A stretch of DNA of 45,781 bases, from positions 1 to 45,781 of the forward strand of contig CATMOE010000028.1 of the NCBI GenBank assembly GCA_950072105.1. The letters are read 5' to 3'. Each line of letters begins with the position of its first letter. The stretch's first letter is position 1. Source of the DNA: an uncultured Dehalococcoidia bacterium (GTDB lineage Bacteria > Chloroflexota > Dehalococcoidia > Lucifugimonadales > UBA3495). The notes under the pieces are model-generated. The model did no database searches, had not been told where the DNA came from, and saw only the letters and a list, made by a program, of their open reading frames with translations. Positions 17,783 through 27,028 of this stretch are shown here, piece after piece. The translations under genes were made by a program, and so were the position numbers.

Positions 17783-19024
17783 TTAGGAGTTGACCAGCCG
17801 GATGAATCGGCGGCGGCCGACTTTGATGACCGTGCGGTGCTCCAATCCCAGGCCGGCGGCCCGGTCATCCCGGTCCAAGGTGCGGGAGTCACCGGATGGG
17901 TCAGAGATTATCTGTACGGCGCCCTGGTTGATCAATCGCTTCGCTTCGGTGGTGCTGGGGGCCAAGCCCGCGTCGACGATGATGTTGCTCAACCGTCTCG
18001 TCTCATTCTCAAAAGATGGCGCCAAAGACGGCTCGGCGAACTCGGGAATCTCTTCGGGCAGGGCACGGCGTTGCACCACCCGTTCGAAGTTTGCCTGGGC
18101 GGCATCGGCGGCGCTCCTCTCATGGAACTGGTCGGTGATCTCCCAGGCCAGGCGTTTCTTCATCTCCATTGGGTTGACCGAACCCGCCACTAGGTCGCTG
18201 GAGAAGGCGGCTAATTCTTCCGAGGGAGCGTCAGTTAGGTATTCAAAGTAGGGGACGATCAGCTCGTCGGGCAGTGACATGAGCTTTCCGTACATGTCGT
18301 TGGGCGTCTCCTCCACTCCGACGTAGTTGTCCAGGCTTTTGCTCATCTTTTGAACGCCGTCGGTGCCCACCAGGATAGGCATGAGGAAGCATTGCTGGGG
18401 ACGTTGTCCCTCCATCTGCTGCATTTCCCGGCCGACCAGCAGGTTGAACCGTTGGTCGGTGCCGCCGAACTCCACGTCAGCCTCAATCTTCACCGAGTCG
18501 TAGGCCTGAAGCAACGGATAGAGCAACTCGGTAATGGCGATGGGCCGTTGCTCTTGGAATCTCTTGGCGAAGTCATCCCGCTGCAAAAACTGGGCCACGG
18601 TGAATTTTCCAGTCAACCGAAGCACGTCCGCCAGACCAAACTTTCCGAACCACTCACTCTGCCACACCACCTGGGTCAGGTCCTTGTCCACAACCTTAAA
18701 GAACTGGCGCAGATAGGACTCGGCGTTGGAAACTACCTCATCGTGGGTCAGGACCGGCCGGGTGGCCGACTGGCCGCTGGGGTCGCCTATCTGGGCGGTC
18801 CAGTCTCCCACGATAAGAATCACTTGGTGGCCCAACTGTTGGAGTTGGCGCAGTTTACGAAGACCCACCACATGGCCCAGGTGAATGTCCGGCCTGCTGG
18901 GGTCGAAGCCCATCTTCAGGCGCAGGGGCTTTCCCTCTTGCAACATGCGGACGAACTCGTCGTGGGAGATGATTTCCTGGACGCCACGACGGGTTATCTT
19001 GGCAATGACCTCTTCGCTAAGCAC
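17783..19024 (-). CDS. tyrS: Tyrosine--tRNA ligase
   Basis: GFDPS..HLGH, YPLLQAYDS, GGTDQ, KMSKS, C-terminal S4 domain. Confidence 0.97.
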   Translation of the reverse strand: MLSEEVIAKITRRGVQEIISHDEFVRMLQEGKPLRLKMGFDPSRPDIHLGHVVGLRKLRQLQQLGHQVILIVGDWTAQIGDPSGQSATRPVLTHDEVVSNAESYLRQFFKVVDKDLTQVVWQSEWFGKFGLADVLRLTGKFTVAQFLQRDDFAKRFQEQRPIAITELLYPLLQAYDSVKIEADVEFGGTDQRFNLLVGREMQQMEGQRPQQCFLMPILVGTDGVQKMSKSLDNYVGVEETPNDMYGKLMSLPDELIVPYFEYLTDAPSEELAAFSSDLVAGSVNPMEMKKRLAWEITDQFHERSAADAAQANFERVVQRRALPEEIPEFAEPSLAPSFENETRRLSNIIVDAGLAPSTTEAKRLINQGAVQIISDPSGDSRTLDRDDRAAGLGLEHRTVIKVGRRRFIRLVNS

Positions 19025-19026
19025 TA

Positions 19027-19965
19027 CTAGGCACCGTCCGCTTTCCTGTCTTGGTCCAGGGCGGCCCTAGCGCCGGCAACGTCCCGGTCGATCTGCGAGA
19101 TCAACTCCTCCAGGCCGGGGAAGGATTCCTGGCCGCGAAGTTTGCTGACAAACTCCACGTTTAGCCGCTGACCGTATAAATCGGCACTGAAATCCATCAC
19201 GAATACTTCAACCAACCGCTCCGACAGGCCAAAGTGGGGCCGGATCCCAATGCTCGTGGCGGAAGGGCGCTTCACGCCATCGATGGTGACCCAGGTGGCG
19301 TAAATTCCGTCTCCTGGCAGCGCCGTCCGGGGGTCCATTTCCAAGTTCGCGGTGGGGAAGCCCATCTGAGCACCACGCTGGTCGCCTTTCACCACCAGCC
19401 CTTCAAAACCGTACTTCCGCCCCAGCAGCTTGGCACAGGCGGCAACGTCTCCTTCCTCCAGTTCCGACCGGATCCGCCGGCTCTTGACTAGTTCTCCATC
19501 GATCAACAAAGGGTCCATCACCTCAACCCAGAACCCTAATTCCGAGCCCCTTTGCTTCAGGAAGCCAATGTCGCCTTGCCGATCCCGCCCCAAGGTAGAG
19601 TCAGGCCCCGCCACCAACCCCTTCATACCAAGGGAATTTACGAGAGTAGCGGTAAAGTCGTCGGCGCTGACCTGGGACAGCTCATGAGTGAAGTCCAAAG
19701 GAACCACCAACTCTATACCTTGCTCCTTCATCAGGCGCACCCTTTCATTGAGCGACGTCAGGTAGGAAATTTCAACGCCGGGGCGAAGGACAGATATGGG
19801 GTGGTTGGTAAAAGTAAGGACGGTGGGGAGGTAATCGGACCCCGCCCGCTCAACCAGGCGGCGTAGCAAATGACGGTGCCCTTGGTGAACTCCGTCGAAA
19901 ACTCCGACGGTGAGGACGGTTGATTTATCTGGGGCGATGGAGGCCAACTGCTGGTGGAAATTCAT
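19027..19965 (-). CDS. ribF: Bifunctional riboflavin kinase/FAD synthetase
   Basis: VGVFDGVHQGH, GFPTANL, GIYAT; likely start MNFHQQL at 19965. Confidence 0.95.
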   Translation of the reverse strand: MNFHQQLASIAPDKSTVLTVGVFDGVHQGHRHLLRRLVERAGSDYLPTVLTFTNHPISVLRPGVEISYLTSLNERVRLMKEQGIELVVPLDFTHELSQVSADDFTATLVNSLGMKGLVAGPDSTLGRDRQGDIGFLKQRGSELGFWVEVMDPLLIDGELVKSRRIRSELEEGDVAACAKLLGRKYGFEGLVVKGDQRGAQMGFPTANLEMDPRTALPGDGIYATWVTIDGVKRPSATSIGIRPHFGLSERLVEVFVMDFSADLYGQRLNVEFVSKLRGQESFPGLEELISQIDRDVAGARAALDQDRKADGA

Positions 19966-20058
19966 ACCGACTCTCGAACCGAGCGCGCCAGCCCCCCGCT
20001 TGAATTGTTGTGTAATTACGTAATCCAGCACTTTGGAGCACCGGAGCGATGCGCTGGG

Positions 20059-20087
20059 ATGGTAGCACAGGCAACTAGGAGCGTCAA
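20059..20087 (-). promoter_or_regulatory. Putative sigma70 promoter for ribF-tyrS
   Basis: Minus strand TTGACG-17nt-TACCAT with a TGn extension. Confidence 0.55.
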
Positions 20088-20175
20088 CTAGAGACAGGCT
20101 TAACGAAGTCCGTTGTCAGGCGCGGCAATGGGCTCGATTATCACTCCCGATACCGTGCCCGTTAATCCTGTGACC

Positions 20176-20958
20176 TCACAAGATTTGGGACAGGAACAGC
20201 TTGGTACGGTCGCTTTTTGGAGCTTCGAATATCTGCTCAGGGGAGCCTTCTTCCACGATCACGCCTTCATCGAACATCATCATCCGGTCGGCGACCTCTT
20301 TGGCAAAGCCCATCTCGTGAGTTACCACGATCATCGTCATGCCCGATGTGGCCAACTCCCGCATCACGTCCAGCACTTCCTTGATCATCTCTGGGTCCAG
20401 AGCCGAAGTAGGCTCGTCGAATAGCATGATCTTCGGCTGCATGGCCAGCGCCCGGGCTATGGCCACTCTTTGCTGCTGACCGCCGGAAAGCTCGGCGGGA
20501 TACTTGTCCGCCTGTTCTGGTATACCCACCCGCTCCAGGAGTTCCATGGCTTGCGCTACAGCCTGTTTAGCAGACAATTTTCGCACTTTCATTGGAGCCA
20601 GCGTAATGTTATTCATGACATTTAAATGGGGGAAAAGGTTGAATGACTGGAAGACCATGCCTACATCACGGCGGATAGCATCGATGTTGCGGGTATCATT
20701 AGTGAGGGCGACGCCGTCAACGATGATGTCGCCGCGTTGATGCTCCTCAAGGCGATTTATCGTACGGATAAATGTCGACTTGCCCGAGCCTGACGGTCCG
20801 AAGACGACCACCACCTCGCCCTTCTTGATGGTGGTGGTGATGCCTCTAAGAACGTGGAAATTGCCGAACCACTTATGCACATCCCGGCAGACAATGATGT
20901 CCTTGGACTCCTCCATTCGTTCATTTGTTGGTTCGTTCGTTGGTTCGTTCGCAACCAT
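20176..20958 (-). CDS. General L-amino acid ABC transporter ATP-binding protein (AapP-like)
   Basis: [34 protein letters not shown]. Confidence 0.95.
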   Translation of the reverse strand: MVANEPTNEPTNERMEESKDIIVCRDVHKWFGNFHVLRGITTTIKKGEVVVVFGPSGSGKSTFIRTINRLEEHQRGDIIVDGVALTNDTRNIDAIRRDVGMVFQSFNLFPHLNVMNNITLAPMKVRKLSAKQAVAQAMELLERVGIPEQADKYPAELSGGQQQRVAIARALAMQPKIMLFDEPTSALDPEMIKEVLDVMRELATSGMTMIVVTHEMGFAKEVADRMMMFDEGVIVEEGSPEQIFEAPKSDRTKLFLSQIL

Positions 20959-21017
20959 AATATCCTCTGTAGATCCTAATCAACTAACCTGTCAAAACGG
21001 CTAATGCTGAACCATGT

Positions 21018-22268
21018 TTACCGCTCACCCACGCCTAGGTGCTGCTCGACCCGTCTGCTCACATATGACATGCCGTAGGTGAAGACCCAGAAGACCAGCG
21101 CCAGGAAAATAAACAACTCTTTCGCGTTGGCTAGGTATTCGGGGTTGCCCTGTATGAATGCCCGGCTGATCTCCACCACGTCCAGCATGCCGATTATGTA
21201 GACCAAACTAGTGTCTTTGAACAGCGATATAAACTGCCCCACGATGGGAGGAATGACGTTGCGAATGGCCTGGGGCAGCGAGATGAACAGCGTGGTCTGC
21301 CAGCCGGGCAATCCCAACGCACGCGCTGCCTCCACTTGGCCAGGGTGCAACGATTGAAGCCCGCCACGAATATTTTCCGCCATGTACGCCGAGCTGAATA
21401 GGGTGATCACAATGGCGGCTCGCACCAGGGAGTTCTGCGGGAAGTTCTCTGGAAACGCCAGGGGCACCAGCACTTGGGACATGAACAACAGCGTTATCAG
21501 AGGCACGCCTCGGAATGTCTCAATGAACACTATGCACATCAATTTCACTATTTGAAGGCGGCTGCGTCGTCCCAACGCCAACACGATACCCACGGGAAAA
21601 CTGAGCGCTATCCCGGCGATCGCCAGCAGCAGGTTGAGCATCAGACCACCCCAGTAGATCACCGATACTGGATGCAAGAGCGGCACACCGGGTATGCCCC
21701 GCAACAACACCAAGGTCAAGATGAACGCGAGAACACTCAGGATAGCGATCCAGGAGGCGGAGCCCAATCGGGTGTACCGGGCAAGTGCCCACCCTACCGC
21801 CAGCGCAGGCAAGTTCGCCAGGAGTAGCAGGCGCACATCCAAACCCATTCGATCCAAGCCGTATGGCAGGAAGGCAAATGCCGCTGCTACTCCTCCAACT
21901 ACCAATGCGATGCGCTTAGTGACGCCACCGCCAGCCACTGCCCAGGCCATCCCCAGCAGGGCAGTTACCAACAGGAGGGCAGCCTGAGGCCGCCAAAAGC
22001 AGTTTTGCCCCGGACAGGCTGCTTCGATGTTGTACTGGCCGATGATGATTCGACCGCCCAGCGTGGGAACAACCGACCAGTTAGCTTCGAGAATTATCCA
22101 GCCCAGTCCGAACCATAGGGCCAACGCCAGAGCGATACCAGCCATGACCGTCATCGCGCTGTTGTGCCAGGCGCTGAACAAGTTCACCCGCATCCAGCCC
22201 ACCATGCCCGTCTCGGCGCGAGGCGGCGGCAGAATCTGTGGGGCAATCAGTTGGGGATTAGTTGACAT
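21018..22268 (-). CDS. General L-amino acid ABC permease (AapM-like)
   Basis: W.R.NLFS, WGGL, FRGVPLI, AENIRGGLQS, FKDTSL. Confidence 0.92.
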   Translation of the reverse strand: MSTNPQLIAPQILPPPRAETGMVGWMRVNLFSAWHNSAMTVMAGIALALALWFGLGWIILEANWSVVPTLGGRIIIGQYNIEAACPGQNCFWRPQAALLLVTALLGMAWAVAGGGVTKRIALVVGGVAAAFAFLPYGLDRMGLDVRLLLLANLPALAVGWALARYTRLGSASWIAILSVLAFILTLVLLRGIPGVPLLHPVSVIYWGGLMLNLLLAIAGIALSFPVGIVLALGRRSRLQIVKLMCIVFIETFRGVPLITLLFMSQVLVPLAFPENFPQNSLVRAAIVITLFSSAYMAENIRGGLQSLHPGQVEAARALGLPGWQTTLFISLPQAIRNVIPPIVGQFISLFKDTSLVYIIGMLDVVEISRAFIQGNPEYLANAKELFIFLALVFWVFTYGMSYVSRRVEQHLGVGER

Positions 22269-22271
22269 CCT

Positions 22272-23477
22272 TCAGTTCGCAGTGAACCGGCTGTGCCGGT
22301 TATATAGGTTGCCGATCAAAGAGAAAGTCAGGCTCATCGCGAGATAAGCCGCCATAATCAGGATGAATATGGACACTGCCGGAGCGGTCTGAGTCATCGT
22401 TTTGGCCACATTCGTCAGGTCTGAATACCCGATGGCGCCGGCCAGGCTGCTGTTTTTCGTGAGGTTTAGGCATTGGCTGATCAGCGGGGGTACGATGACC
22501 CGCAGCGCCTGGGGAAATGTTATGTCGCGCAGGGTACTCATCGCCGACAGTCCGACAGCTCGGGCTGCCTCCGTCTGCCCACGGCCGACCGACTGGACAC
22601 CGGCCCGGACGATTTCGGCGATGAAGGACGACGTATACGTGACCAGTCCTATCAGCAGGGCTATCAGCCCGCCCGGGACGGTGAACCCCCCGGCAATTCG
22701 GCCGAAAGTTCCGTGAGGCTCCGGTTGCGAAATGACGAAGGGGGCTGCCCCACCCGCAACGCTTAAGATCAGCCATGCAGCGGCGCCGACGGCTACAGCG
22801 GCCGCGCATCCCACGGCCAGCGGATAGGAAGCCACGCCCGTATCTCGCTCCCGCCGGGCCAACCAGCGGCGGATCACCCAACCAATGATAACGGCCGCGA
22901 CCGCTGCCACAATCCACGTTCCCGCCAAACCAGAGTTGGTGGGGGACGGCCAGGGAAACGACACGCCTCCGTTGTTTATGTAGAGCCTCTGGGCGATAAC
23001 GTATCCTTGCCGAACCGGCGGCAGCGCGAGGACGATATAGAACCAGAAAAAGAGATGCAGCAACAAAGGAACGTTGCGGAAGAACTCGATGTACACCAAC
23101 GCCACTTTGGACATGATCCAGTTGCCCGACATGCGGGAGATTCCTACGATGATTCCCAGCACTGTGGCCAGAATCACCCCGACGATGGAGACTACTATGG
23201 TGTTGGTGGCCGCGACAACAAAGGCGTAGAGAAAACTGTCTGAGGATTTATAGTCCAGAAAATGCTGACCGATGGGAGTTTGATATGCCCGTGACAGAAA
23301 GCTGAAACCGTAGGGTATGTCCCTTTCCTGTATCGCATTTCCGATGTTGACGAAGAACCAACTGACCAAGACCACGACTAGAACGCCGGACAATATCTGC
23401 GAAGCCCATTGGATAACGAAGATATTCCGCCAGATCGGAATACCTTGGTAGGTTAGATTTCGCAGAATCGTTGCCAT
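22272..23477 (-). CDS. General L-amino acid ABC permease (AapQ-like)
   Basis: YIEFFRNVPLL, AEIVRAG, GQTEAA, NLTKNSSLA. Confidence 0.92.
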   Translation of the reverse strand: MATILRNLTYQGIPIWRNIFVIQWASQILSGVLVVVLVSWFFVNIGNAIQERDIPYGFSFLSRAYQTPIGQHFLDYKSSDSFLYAFVVAATNTIVVSIVGVILATVLGIIVGISRMSGNWIMSKVALVYIEFFRNVPLLLHLFFWFYIVLALPPVRQGYVIAQRLYINNGGVSFPWPSPTNSGLAGTWIVAAVAAVIIGWVIRRWLARRERDTGVASYPLAVGCAAAVAVGAAAWLILSVAGGAAPFVISQPEPHGTFGRIAGGFTVPGGLIALLIGLVTYTSSFIAEIVRAGVQSVGRGQTEAARAVGLSAMSTLRDITFPQALRVIVPPLISQCLNLTKNSSLAGAIGYSDLTNVAKTMTQTAPAVSIFILIMAAYLAMSLTFSLIGNLYNRHSRFTAN

Positions 23478-23563
23478 AATGGCCAGGCGAAACTCCTCTG
23501 AAACGTCGGTTTATTCTAGCGCATCGCCGAAGGTTCGCATCGGGAATGTTCGGCATCAACTAT

Positions 23564-23596
23564 AAGGGGCGGCCAGCAATGCGCCAGCCGCCCCTT
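23564..23596 (-). terminator. Intra-operon hairpin after the binding-protein gene
   Basis: AAGGGGCGGC...GCCGCCCCTT, 10-bp stem. Confidence 0.6.
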
Positions 23597-23637
23597 GTAC
23601 TTATCCTGATTTATATCGCCTAACTACCCGAAAGTCA

Positions 23638-24960
23638 CTAGCTCAGGGGCGCGGCGTAGATCTGCCCGCCCTTGGGGCAGTCGGTGCAGGTAGCGTCGGC
23701 CCACAGGGCGTTACGTCCATTTTCCCTGGGTAAGTTAATGCCACCTGGACCCAGGTTGCGGTCGTAGATCTCGCCGTAGTTGCCAACGGCCTTAAGGATG
23801 TCTTGGGCCGCTGTCTGACTGATGCCCAAGCTCTCCTGACCATATGAACCCTCGATGCCCAGCAGGCGGTCGACCTTGGTGTCGCCCGTGGCGGAGGAGG
23901 CTACGTTGCCTGAGGTTACGCCATAAGCCTCACCGTAGATGAGCACGGCCATCACCGTTTTTACGACGTCGAACCATTGATCATCCCCGTGGGGGACGAC
24001 CGGACCCAAAGGCTCTTCAGAGATGGTTTCAGGGAGAATGATGTGGTCGTCCCGCTTGTCGAAAGCGCTACCCAAAGCCGCGAGTTGGGAACGGTCATTC
24101 GTGAAGGCATCACACTGGCCGCTCTGGTAGGCCGCTACCACCGCATCGGTATCTTCAAACGTCAGCGCCGAGATGTTGAGATTGTTCTGATTGGAGAAGT
24201 CCTGCAGGTTTAGCTCCGTCGTGGTGCCCTGGGTGACACAGACCACGGCGTCATTAAGCTCCAGAGCGCTGGATATACCCAAGGCCTTATTGACCATGAA
24301 CCCTTGTCCGTCGAAGAACATCGTCTGGACGTAGTTGCCCCATTGGGAGTCGCGAGAAGTTGTCCAGGTAACGGTGCGGACAAGCATATCCACTTCGCCC
24401 GACTGGATGGTCGGCCCTCGTTCGGATGCCGAGATATAGCGAATCTCGATGGCTTTAGGATCGCCCAAGACCGCGGAGGCAACCGCGCGGCAAAGGTCTA
24501 TGTCAAAGCCCACGTTGTTGCCGGACGCATCCAAGGAGCCATAACCAGGAACGTCGTTGCGGCTGGCGCAGATGAGCTTGCCTCGCTTCTTAACAGTGTC
24601 CAGCCGCGAGCCCTCCATCTTGGCCATTCCGCCTGGCTGCATCTTTTCCATCATCATTGCCATGTTTTCAGGCCCCATCGCCTCCATCATCTGAGGCATC
24701 ATTTCGGCCATCATCGCAGCCACGCCATCAGGCCCCATTTTTTCCATCACCTGGGGCATCATCTCGCCCATCATCGCGCGGACGCCCTCAGGTCCCATCT
24801 TTTCCATCATCATACTCATGGCTTCAGGTCCCCCCGCCTGGGGCGCGGCGGCGGTTGTCGGAACCGGCGTCGGCTCACCGCCACAAGCCACTGCAAACAC
24901 AGCCAAAAAAACCAATAAACCACTCAGTGCGCCTAGATGCCTGCGCTTAATCTTTGTCAT
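23638..24960 (-). CDS. General L-amino acid ABC substrate-binding lipoprotein (AapJ-like) with Met-rich repeat
   Basis: Lipobox AVAC; GFDIDLCRAVA, TWTTSRD, GTTTELN, ISEEPLGP, VGNYGEIYDRN. Confidence 0.93.
   Translation of the reverse strand: MTKIKRRHLGALSGLLVFLAVFAVACGGEPTPVPTTAAAPQAGGPEAMSMMMEKMGPEGVRAMMGEMMPQVMEKMGPDGVAAMMAEMMPQMMEAMGPENMAMMMEKMQPGGMAKMEGSRLDTVKKRGKLICASRNDVPGYGSLDASGNNVGFDIDLCRAVASAVLGDPKAIEIRYISASERGPTIQSGEVDMLVRTVTWTTSRDSQWGNYVQTMFFDGQGFMVNKALGISSALELNDAVVCVTQGTTTELNLQDFSNQNNLNISALTFEDTDAVVAAYQSGQCDAFTNDRSQLAALGSAFDKRDDHIILPETISEEPLGPVVPHGDDQWFDVVKTVMAVLIYGEAYGVTSGNVASSATGDTKVDRLLGIEGSYGQESLGISQTAAQDILKAVGNYGEIYDRNLGPGGINLPRENGRNALWADATCTDCPKGGQIYAAPLS
24621..24820 (-). 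repeat. About three 60-bp tandem units encoding a Met-rich 20-aa repeat
   Basis: MEKMGPEGVRAMMGEMMPQV / MEKMGPDGVAAMMAEMMPQM / MEAMGPENMAMMMEKMQPGG; the 60-nt period is visible in the DNA. Confidence 0.9.
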
Positions 24961-25046
24961 ACTTACCTCTTAAAATAGATGGATTTCGGCAAGCATGCGC
25001 TCTTAATGGACCAACATTATGCCACCTATGCGCTGCTTCCTTCGCC

Positions 25047-25077
25047 ATTATAGCAACAGCGGCTTGTGTGTAGTCAA
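25047..25077 (-). promoter_or_regulatory. Putative extended -10 promoter for the aap operon
   Basis: Minus strand TTGACT-19nt-TATAAT with TGc immediately before the -10. Confidence 0.55.
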
Positions 25078-25299
25078 GAAGATCGGCCTAAAGTTCGCCA
25101 GCTTGAGTGTAGGTCCAGGCGATTTACCCTGTCCAACGTCAGCCGTTTCGCACGCGCAATGATGTAGGATAGTTGATATCGGAGCATTCGGCCGAACCAA
25201 TATGCTTTGAAATTGCTCAAAACCGGGCAGTTCGCCACGAGTGATTTTTCTTGACATTATGCTTAAATTGTGACCAAGAAATTCCCGCGAAGCAATATT

Positions 25300-25860
25300 A
25301 TGCGTGTGGCAGCCGGTAAAGCCAAGGGACGCCCGCTGAAGGGGGCGGTGTCTTCCGAGGTCCGCCCTACCACGGCGCGTGTGAGAGCGGCCATCTTTAA
25401 CATCCTCCAAGCCAGCCTGTACCAAGACGGACGGGTGCTAGACCTGTACGCCGGTACCGGGAGTCTGGGGATAGAAGCCCTCAGTCAGGGGGCGGGATGG
25501 GCAGATTTCGTGGACCTAGACCGGCGGCAATGCGCCGTTATCCAGGCAAATCTGAAAACCACGGGGTTCAGCGCCCAGGCCAGGGTCCGCACCGGAGCGG
25601 TCTTGCAGACTCTGGGAAATCTGGAGGGCCCTTATCAAGTGGTTCTCTTGGACCCACCATACAAATTGCAAGAGCTAGACGAGGTATTGGATGCGATGGC
25701 CTCAACTCCTGATCTAGTAGCTCAAGGAGGAATAGTGGTGGCGGGTCACTCCAGACATCTGGAGTTACAATCAAGTCATGGCTCGCTACGGAGGATATCC
25801 CAACGCCGCTATGGGGATAACGCCGTGGACTTTTATCTTAACGAGGTCGAATCGGAGTGA
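25300..25860 (+). CDS. rsmD: 16S rRNA m2G966 methyltransferase
   Basis: MRVAAG..KGR, RPTT, LDLYAGTGSLGIEALS, DPPY, RRYG; upstream of coaD. Confidence 0.93.
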   Translation: MRVAAGKAKGRPLKGAVSSEVRPTTARVRAAIFNILQASLYQDGRVLDLYAGTGSLGIEALSQGAGWADFVDLDRRQCAVIQANLKTTGFSAQARVRTGAVLQTLGNLEGPYQVVLLDPPYKLQELDEVLDAMASTPDLVAQGGIVVAGHSRHLELQSSHGSLRRISQRRYGDNAVDFYLNEVESE

Positions 25861-26351
25861 CTGCCGTTTATCCAGGAAGCTTCGACCCAGTAACTCTGGG
25901 ACACGTGGACATAGCCAAGCGTGCCTCAGCGCTCTTTGACAAAGTAATAATCGGCGTCTATGCCACGCCATCCAAGTCGTTGCTATTCGACGCCGAAGAA
26001 AGGATCAGCCTATTTACCAGATCCTTGGAGGGACTGCCCAACGTGGAGGTGAGGGGATTCGAAGGATTAGTGGTGAGATTCGCCGAGGAGGCCGGCGCCA
26101 ACGTCATAGTCAGGGGATTGCGCAGTGGGTCAGACTTCGAGTACGAATTCGACATGGCCTTTATGAATCGCAAACTGGCCCCGGATATCGATTTGGTGAC
26201 CTTCATGACCTCCCAAGAGTACATGTTTCTTAGTTCAAGCCTGATCAAAGAGGTAGCTAAGCTGGGGGGAGATATCACCGACATGGTGCCCCCGCACGTC
26301 AACGAGGCTGTTCAAGCCAAATTTGGATTGCCGGTCAAGGGAAAAAGTTGA
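25857..26351 (+). CDS. coaD: Pantetheine-phosphate adenylyltransferase
   Basis: YPGSFDPVTLGH, RGLR..SDFEYE, SSSLIKE. Confidence 0.97.
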   Translation: MTAVYPGSFDPVTLGHVDIAKRASALFDKVIIGVYATPSKSLLFDAEERISLFTRSLEGLPNVEVRGFEGLVVRFAEEAGANVIVRGLRSGSDFEYEFDMAFMNRKLAPDIDLVTFMTSQEYMFLSSSLIKEVAKLGGDITDMVPPHVNEAVQAKFGLPVKGKS

Positions 26352-26369
26352 CCGGGCAAGGAGGACATC

Positions 26370-26882
26370 ATAGATATCATAAACGTTATTGACCGATTGG
26401 AGACCTTACTCGATACCAGCAAGGCCGTGCCCGTTAGTGGTAACGTCCTTGTCGATAAGAAGAAAATAATGGAGCTGGTCGACCAGTTGCGCCTGGCTAT
26501 ACCCCAAGAAGTTAAGGCAGCCGTCGAGGTTCTTTCTCAGAAAGACCACATCATCAACCAAGCCAATCTGGACGCCAGGCGAACCAAGGCCCAGGCCGAG
26601 GATGACTACCGGGAACGCCTGGACCAGAATGAGATTACCGAACTGGCTCAGAAGCGGGCCACCGAAACTCTGTCGGAGGCTGAGGAACGAGCAAACCGCA
26701 TCATCAAGCAGACGGAGAACGATGCCAAGTCACGTTTGGTCGATGCCGACGCCTATGCCCTGCGCAGTCTCCGTGCTCTGGAACGCCAGTTGAACAACAT
26801 CACCGAGTCGGTACGGAAAGGCATCGACATCCTGGCCGAGGACACCGTAGTCGGCGCCAACGGGTACCACACCGCAAATTAG
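26370..26882 (+). CDS. Coiled-coil protein following coaD (DivIVA/SepIVA-like); probable ATA start
   Basis: Coiled-coil pattern, AVPVSG..LVD, LRLAIPQE, ADAYA. SD AAGGAGG (26358-26364) lies 5 nt before an in-frame ATA; the track start is TTG at 26397. Confidence 0.75.
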   Translation: MDIINVIDRLETLLDTSKAVPVSGNVLVDKKKIMELVDQLRLAIPQEVKAAVEVLSQKDHIINQANLDARRTKAQAEDDYRERLDQNEITELAQKRATETLSEAEERANRIIKQTENDAKSRLVDADAYALRSLRALERQLNNITESVRKGIDILAEDTVVGANGYHTAN

Positions 26883-26927
26883 ATCAAGCCCCGGCGGGAC
26901 ATCCAGGATCAAGCTATCCGCCGCTAC

Positions 26928-26974
26928 AAACCCCCAAGGTACTACCCGGCTAGGCCGGTCAGCCTTGGGGGTTT
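26928..26974. terminator. Bidirectional terminator-like hairpin
   Basis: AAACCCCCAAGG...CCTTGGGGGTTT between convergent genes. Confidence 0.6.
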
Positions 26975-27028
26975 TAATTACGCCTTTAAGATAATCAAAC
27001 CTGCTGGATGCGCCGCGCTTGCGGCGCC

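Noticed and set aside
17527..20110. Cobalamin riboswitch before the mutase, T-box before tyrS, FMN riboswitch before ribF
   Set aside because: The leaders are short and lack the consensus motifs; tyrS starts 2 nt after the ribF stop.
24621..24820. CRISPR array suggested by the 60-nt periodicity
   Set aside because: The units are degenerate in-frame coding repeats with no unique spacers, and there are no cas genes.
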